From a virus: DNA of 64,000 bases. Where the stretch lies: positions 33,449 to 97,448 of IMG/VR virus record IMGVR_UViG_3300047678_000094, one strand, 5' to 3'. The notes beneath the pieces are model-generated. The model worked only from the letters and a program-made list of their open reading frames with translations, was not told where the DNA came from and made no database searches. This document shows positions 58,813 through 64,000 of the stretch, in pieces. Each line of letters begins with the position of its first letter. Position 1 is the stretch's first letter. The position numbers were made by a program, and so were the translations under genes.

Positions 58813-59922
58813 ATGTTTCCACTGATCAAACATATCGATGATGTGCTACCGCATATCGCTGACAAGCCCGAGATCGCTCGGATCGAAAAGGATGGGTACA
58901 CCGTTCTAGACTACATCTACGCTGGTGTCAGCACCTTTGACAACGCTTTCGCCCGCGAGTGCCGTGGCCTAAAGTTTGACTCACAAGGTAATCTGATCGG
59001 GCGACCGTTCCACAAGTTCTTCAATCTGAATGAGACTGAAGAAACGAAATTCGAAAACCAAGACTGGAGTCAGCAACTCTTTATTCACAACAAGTGGGAT
59101 GGTTCTATGATCCATCCGGCTCTTGTTAATGGTGAGCTTGTGTTCATGACTCGTAAGGGTGTAACTGATGTTGCGCTTCAAGCTATGTCTGAATGTGAAT
59201 ACGATGCGGATGAAATGATTCGTCATATTCGTGATGGGTTCACGCCTATCTATGAGTTCATCTCACCGAACAACAAAATCGTTCTTCACTACGACGAAGC
59301 TCGACTTGTGCCTTAGAATATGCGTCATAGAGAAACTGGTGCTTACAATCGAGATCGTTTCCAGAATAACGCTGTTCATCTTGTGCAAAACGTTTCATAC
59401 TTTGAAACTCTTCTACAGCAAGTTAAAAGCAACACCGGTCTAGAAGGTATTGTGATTCAGTTTGATAAGCCTTCGCGGTTTATCAAGTTCAAGGCGGATG
59501 ACTACGTTGCTATGCACCGGGTCCTTGATGAAACCGCTCACGAAAAGCGGGTTCTGGCTTTGATCATGGATGACAAACTGGATGATGTGATTCCGCTTAT
59601 TGCTCCGGAACGTGCGGAACACCTGAAGACTTACGCCGCTGTTGTCAATGAATCTCTACTTCGTGAAGCGAATAGAATTTACACTTATGTTCATTCAACA
59701 CAATACATGTCACAGAAAGAGTTTGCTGAAGTTGTTCAACGCGATTTTATAAAGCCTGAACAAAGCTTTCTCTTTAGAGCTAGAACTCTTGAATTTCTTG
59801 ATACATATTCTATTCTTGTTATGCTCAAGGAATTCTTCAAGAAGACGCTAACGACGCAAGTTAAAGTTGATTCTTGGAGAGTATTTCTTGGCTACCCCAA
59901 GTTTGAAATGCAAGTTGACTAA
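58813..59922 (+). CDS. rnlA: T4 Rnl1-like RNA ligase interrupted by an in-frame TAG at 59314-59316
   Basis: RECRGLKF, RPFHKFFN, KWDGS (motif I), YEFISP.N.IV, then EGIV and IKFK in the same frame after the stop. Confidence 0.8.
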
Positions 59923-59937
59923 ATAAACTACAATTAT

Positions 59938-60014
59938 CCGAGTATAGCGCAGTCTGGTAGCGCATCTGCTTTGGGAGCAGAGGGTCGTTGGTTCGAATCC
60001 AGCTTCTCGGACCA
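59938..60014 (+). tRNA. tRNA-Pro(TGG)
   Basis: TCTGC-TTTGGGA-GCAGA, TTCGAAT, CCA. Confidence 0.9.
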
Positions 60015-60235
60015 ATTAGGTGGTAATCAGAGTCATATGTCTGGTACTTAAATTGAGGCGGGCGATGCCTCAAGCCACTCTATTAAATGTATAAATAGAA
60101 CGAACTTTAAAGGATAAATCCAATGATTACGATTTTTGCAACAGTTTTTCTTTTCATCATCGATGTGTTCGGTGATAGAAACAGAGGGTAAGATGTCAGA
60201 CGGTTGGGACGGAGTAGCCCCGCGACTCTAATTTT

Positions 60236-60320
60236 GCCTCTGTGACGTAATTGGTAGCCGTGCCAGACTTAGAATCTGGTGTCGTAAGACGTAGGAGTTC
60301 GAGTCTCTCCAGAGGCACCA
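60236..60320 (+). tRNA. tRNA-Leu(TAG)
   Basis: CCAGA-CTTAGAA-TCTGG, long variable arm, CCA. Confidence 0.9.
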
Positions 60321-60335
60321 AAATTTTAAAATTCT

Positions 60336-60412
60336 TGCGGGGTAGAGCAGCGGTCAGCTCGCCAGTTTCATAAGCTAGGAGGTCGGTGGTTCGAATCCAC
60401 CCTCCGCAACCA
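60336..60412 (+). tRNA. tRNA-Met(CAT), initiator-like body
   Basis: TGCGGGG/CTCCGCA acceptor, loop TT-CAT-AA, CCA. Confidence 0.8.
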
Positions 60413-60419
60413 AAATTGA

Positions 60420-60496
60420 TGGCGCGTAGCATAGTTGGTCTAATGCAACGGTCTCCAAAACCGTGATCACCGGTTCGAATCCGGTCCCGCCTGCCA
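60420..60496 (+). tRNA. tRNA-Trp(CCA)
   Basis: ACGGT-CTCCAAA-ACCGT, TTCGAAT, CCA; two acceptor-stem mismatches. Confidence 0.8.
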
Positions 60497-60535
60497 TTAT
60501 TAAGCATAGTTAATGAAGAAAGTTTCAAAAACTGC

Positions 60536-60564
60536 TTGCTTCTTTCCCATTCTCGGGGTATACT
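60536..60564 (+). promoter_or_regulatory. Sigma70-like promoter for the large ncRNA
   Basis: TTGCTT-N17-TATACT. Confidence 0.55.
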
Positions 60565-60570
60565 GATGAT

Positions 60571-61505
60571 ACTGAGACGAAAGAGTAAAGCTCTATCAAA
60601 AACGTCAGTAACAAAACTAAGAGTAATTTTATGATCTGAAAATGGAATATTGGGTCGTTTAGGGTCCAACCTTCGGGTGAAGAATAAGCATCGTGAGATG
60701 CCCAAAGCGGTGAAGTCTACATAACCGCGCCAATTAAATGGTTCGTCTAAACAAGCCTGCTCAAACCCGAAAGGGTTCCTTCGTGTCGACTGCGGAGGTA
60801 TGAGTGAAGGTGGTGTTGAGGAAAGAACCGTCATCCTAACTGACAAGGAAGGATGCGGAAGACTGGATTGGTACCCGGCTCTCAGCGACCAAACCATCGA
60901 ACTCGGATGAGGAATGGTAGTGAGTTTGTGTAAGGGGTTGCACCCAAATGCTTGCTCGCAATGTTAAAGGTAGATGGCTCAGGCCATAGATCTTGAAACA
61001 TGACTGAGTAGCCCGCAAGGCAAAAGGTACGAGGCGTGTTGTATTTGGTATCTAACAAGGTACTGAGCAACTGAAGTAGCACGTCTTAGTAGATTCAATC
61101 AAGATGCTCATCGGTAGGGCGTCAGCTTTTTAATGCTGAAGGAAGTTGGTTCAAACCCAACCTCGATTATCAAAAAACGCAAAGTCTACTTCGGTTATAT
61201 GTGAAAGACACCTAATACTCGGATCCGCAAGGGTAACTGAGTCCAGCGAAACTCGCAAGGTCTAGCTGGTTGAGGACAGAAGGTTCGTAGGGAGTTAGCG
61301 CTCTCGAATAGCTCGCAAGGCTAACGGAATGGAAGACCTCGAATAGCATATAGCGACAAGTCTAATGCCTGACTTTAAAAACGGCGGTGTTGATACGATA
61401 CGGTGCTACTTCTACAGGGTGCCGTGGATGTCGGGAGAATAGTAGCTCGCAAGGCTTCTAATAATGCCCGGAGTTGTATCACTAGAGGGAGTAATCTCAT
61501 CCCTT
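60571..61505 (+). ncRNA. Giant structured ncRNA, GOLLD-like (boundaries approximate)
   Basis: About 900 nt with no + ORF of 60 aa or more inside a tRNA array; five C-GCAA-G tetraloop hairpins; embedded tRNA-like element. Confidence 0.65.
61097..61172 (+). pseudogene. Degenerate tRNA embedded in the large ncRNA
   Basis: D arm GCTC..GGGC, TCAGC-TTTTTAAT-GCTGA (8-nt loop), GTTGG-TTCAAAC-CCAAC, ends ATCA. Confidence 0.6.
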
Positions 61506-61582
61506 CGTAAATTTGTGGCGCCGCTCTTGAATGGTCCATGGTCCATGTGCCACGGGGCGGCGCCAAGCCATTTGGAGTTATC

Positions 61583-61792
61583 ATGTTTGAATACGAGCTT
61601 GAATTCTATAAAGACGATGTGAAGCTGAAGACGACGAATTTCACCGCCAGTGGCCAGGATCTTACTATGGAAGAAGTAGCCGGACAGGTGTATCGTCTCT
61701 CAATGGTAGCAGGATACGATCGGGACTATGACACGGTCATTGTTTATGATCCTTCTGGAACCAGAAACTACAGTATTGATTTGGTAGAATAG
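61583..61792 (+). CDS. Hypothetical protein
   Basis: MFEYELEF... after ggag. Confidence 0.55.
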   Translation: MFEYELEFYKDDVKLKTTNFTASGQDLTMEEVAGQVYRLSMVAGYDRDYDTVIVYDPSGTRNYSIDLVE

Positions 61793-61795
61793 TGC

Positions 61796-61868
61796 ACGCG
61801 AGTAGCTCAATGGTAGAGCATTGCACTGATAATGCAACGACGTGAGGTTCGATTCCTTCTCTGTCCGC
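61796..61868 (+). pseudogene. Degenerate tRNA-Ile(GAT)
   Basis: Intact D arm and TTGCA-CTGATAA-TGCAA, but unpaired acceptor stem and no CCA. Confidence 0.65.
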
Positions 61869-61882
61869 AAATAGGAGATACT

Positions 61883-62080
61883 ATGAAATACGTTTTAATT
61901 GCCTTTGCTATGCTCAGTATGAGCGCCTGTGACACCCCTGAACAAATCGCTGCAAGACGCGAAGTCTTCAACGAGTGCATGGATAAAGCCGACAAGGTGA
62001 AAGAGTCGAATTTCGCTCTCTTCAACAAGGGTGATGATCTTATTGCCGCTTGTGAAGGTTACGCTCGCCGCAACTCGTAG
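61883..62080 (+). CDS. Small lipoprotein
   Basis: MKYVLIAFAMLSMSAC lipobox; aggag RBS. Confidence 0.7.
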   Translation: MKYVLIAFAMLSMSACDTPEQIAARREVFNECMDKADKVKESNFALFNKGDDLIAACEGYARRNS

Positions 62081-62096
62081 GATGTATAAATAAGTC

Positions 62097-62321
62097 ATGT
62101 TCGAAAACTACTTCATGATTTTAACAGATCCTGCTGATCCTGTTAAGGTTAAAGGCGCAAATCGGATTACTCTTGCTGAGGCTCGCCAAAAGATTATGTC
62201 TCAGAAAACAGACACATTGATTTACATCAGCAAGGGATTACAAAATCTACTTTCTCGTGCTGAAACAGAGTTTATTGCTGATATTGAAAAAGACGCTTCA
62301 GTGTTTGAGGCGCACACTTAG
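62097..62321 (+). CDS. Hypothetical protein
   Basis: 74 aa; TATAAATA at 62085. Confidence 0.5.
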   Translation: MFENYFMILTDPADPVKVKGANRITLAEARQKIMSQKTDTLIYISKGLQNLLSRAETEFIADIEKDASVFEAHT

Positions 62322-62329
62322 GAGCTAGT

Positions 62330-62890
62330 ATGAACACTCTAACCAGAATTAGAACTGTTTTAGGAGAGAAGGTTCTTTCTCCGGGATTCAATCCAGAGCA
62401 TAACAAGTATCGGGAACATCATCGTGGTGAAATCCACAATATGCTCCGTAAGACTTACTCTGATATTGGCGGGTATGGTGGTCTAGGTTCTGGCAGTAAG
62501 GCTGAATCAGATTCTATTCACCACGACATTACTCATACTAACATCAAGATGACTAAACGTGATGGAAAGCTCACGACAGTAAATCTTTACAGAGATCAGC
62601 ACGGCAGAAAGAGCGTTGCCTCTGGAACCGATGGAACGAATCAAGGTAAAAGAGATTTTCTAAAAAACAAGAAAGAAGATTTAGCTCAGAAACGCGCATG
62701 GGGTGAAGTTTCTGGTAAACCAGAGCATCTAATGAGAAAGCTCGGCGCACCAGTGATAGATCCTAAACATGTTCATGGGTTAACTGGAAAGACGATTACC
62801 CCACACCCAGATGGTGAACACTACACACGAGACATTGGTGGTCATCTGCACACCAAAATAGCTTTTGGATACCCTAAAAAGAGTAGTTAA
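62330..62890 (+). CDS. Basic His-rich hypothetical protein
   Basis: aggag RBS; downstream of a late promoter. Confidence 0.6.
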   Translation: MNTLTRIRTVLGEKVLSPGFNPEHNKYREHHRGEIHNMLRKTYSDIGGYGGLGSGSKAESDSIHHDITHTNIKMTKRDGKLTTVNLYRDQHGRKSVASGTDGTNQGKRDFLKNKKEDLAQKRAWGEVSGKPEHLMRKLGAPVIDPKHVHGLTGKTITPHPDGEHYTRDIGGHLHTKIAFGYPKKSS

Positions 62891-62918
62891 TCAGTTGTTT
62901 TTATTTGGGATATTATGC

Positions 62919-62947
62919 TTGACAATAACCCCAAAATAGAGCATAAT
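62919..62947 (+). promoter_or_regulatory. Sigma70-like promoter
   Basis: TTGACA-N17-CATAAT. Confidence 0.65.
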
Positions 62948-62953
62948 CATCAT

Positions 62954-63484
62954 ATGAGAAAGCTTATTGTCTACTTCCATGGTTATGGGTCGAACGCGAA
63001 CACTGATAAGGTGAAGCGACTTCGAGATGGATTGAAAGATGCGGAGGTTTTTGCTTGGGATATTGATATTGATCCTGATGTGGCTTTCGACCAACTCTCT
63101 GATCATATCAATATGGAAATCCTTGCAGAAAAACCGCTTGAAGCGCAAGCGAAATTAATCTTCGTCGGCACATCCCTTGGTGGATGGTACGCCCAGCAGA
63201 TGGCTGATATGTATGGCTGTGAAGCCTTCCTTATCAACCCAGCCTTCGATCCTGGTAACAGCTTGAAGAAGTATGGTGTTTCTAATGAGATCATTGAAGC
63301 TTATAAGCCGTTGAATTTCAGAAGCTGCTACCACTACTTCATCGCTAAAGATGACGAAGTAATCGACTTTGAACTAGTTAGAGAAGAACTGGAAAAGCTG
63401 AATACTACGTTCGTTGATGGTGCTGGGCACCGTTTCAACGGTCCCGAATTTGATCTTGTGATCAACGCAATTAATGCTCTCTAA
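62954..63484 (+). CDS. YqiA/YcfP-family alpha/beta hydrolase
   Basis: FHGYGS, GTSLGG nucleophile elbow, LINPA, DEVID, GHRF. Confidence 0.85.
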   Translation: MRKLIVYFHGYGSNANTDKVKRLRDGLKDAEVFAWDIDIDPDVAFDQLSDHINMEILAEKPLEAQAKLIFVGTSLGGWYAQQMADMYGCEAFLINPAFDPGNSLKKYGVSNEIIEAYKPLNFRSCYHYFIAKDDEVIDFELVREELEKLNTTFVDGAGHRFNGPEFDLVINAINAL

Positions 63485-63528
63485 GGAATTCAAATCGTTG
63501 ATAGTTGAAACAGTAGATAAATATGTAA

Positions 63529-63604
63529 GGGCCTTTGGTGACAGAAGGTAACATGCCTGCTTTGCACGCAGGAGAAGACGGGGCGGTACCGTCAAGGTCC
63601 ACCA
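63529..63604 (+). tRNA. tRNA-Ala(TGC) with non-canonical T loop
   Basis: G3:U70 pair, CCTGC-TTTGCAC-GCAGG, GACGG-GGCGGTA-CCGTC, ACCA. Confidence 0.8.
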
Positions 63605-63611
63605 AGTTTCT

Positions 63612-63689
63612 GGGGCGGCTGATATCCTTAAACAGCCCTGTGGTTCAAGCCCAGTGCTCGGGTGTTTAGGAAACCCGTAGGCTCCACCA
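63612..63689 (+). ncRNA. tRNA-like RNA with Ala-type acceptor ends
   Basis: GGGGC...GCTCC-ACCA enclosing three hairpins. Confidence 0.5.
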
Positions 63690-63701
63690 AAGGATGTAGT
63701 T

Positions 63702-63914
63702 ATGGAAGATTTTGAAATTGAAGTCGTTCACGTTAAAGCCAATCCACAAAGTCAGTTAGACCTTTCAGAATGGACAATTGAAGAAACGCAAGATCTCATG
63801 GCCTACCATAGCATAGATGTTGAACGTTGGTTGATGTACCCTGATGGTGCTCCGTGGCATATTAAACTGTTGTGGTTTATCGAAGATAGCTGGTATAAGG
63901 TGACTGGAAGATGA
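63702..63914 (+). CDS. Hypothetical protein
   Basis: 70 aa, aagga RBS. Confidence 0.55.
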   Translation: MEDFEIEVVHVKANPQSQLDLSEWTIEETQDLMAYHSIDVERWLMYPDGAPWHIKLLWFIEDSWYKVTGR

Positions 63915-64000
63915 ATGTCATTTCTGTTTGTAAGAATGTTATTCAAAGCAACAACAAGCGTGGGTGGGTAAATCCTGATCCGGCTATTCGGATTTCTAAG

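Noticed and set aside
60236-60320. tRNA with TAG anticodon as amber suppressor for the ligase stop
   Set aside because: Anticodon UAG reads CUA (Leu); an amber suppressor needs anticodon CUA
60196-61082. Minus-strand ORFs up to 233 aa
   Set aside because: Antisense to tRNAs and the structured RNA; not protein-like
1-64000. Genome-wide TAG reassignment
   Set aside because: Core genes are intact in the standard code and TAG ends gp13 and other genes at expected positions; only one in-frame TAG seen

Overview
A 64-kb segment of a large T4-like myophage genome, almost all on the + strand. GCTTGAC-type sigma70 promoters and candidate leaderless mRNAs hint at an alphaproteobacterial host (inference). 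Layout: (1) 1-20.8 kb, baseplate/tail-fibre/decoration genes, including a collagen-like fibre, a modular long fibre with an S74 chaperone, an antisense three-domain glycosyltransferase and a 2OG-Fe(II) oxygenase; (2) 20.8-39.8 kb, T4 core morphogenesis genes gp13-gp23 and gp3, heavily invaded by homing endonucleases, with a terminase fractured by an atypically split intein flanking an HNH gene; (3) 40-55 kb, uvsY, uvsW, gp55, gp47, gp46, peptide deformylase, a TET/JBP dioxygenase plus glycosyltransferase cluster whose enzymes end in clamp-binding-like tails, then gp45, gp44, gp62 and regA; (4) 55-64 kb, tRNAs, tRNA fragments and mimics, several pseudoknotted non-coding elements, a GOLLD-like giant RNA, a Pnk-like kinase and an RNA ligase with an in-frame amber codon. 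Best candidates for new biology: N-X-S/T sequon-dense virion proteins beside a late-expressed glycosyltransferase, a putative clamp-tethered DNA oxidation/glycosylation pair, and the unassigned structured RNAs in the tRNA array. All calls are from reading motifs by eye; no searches were run.
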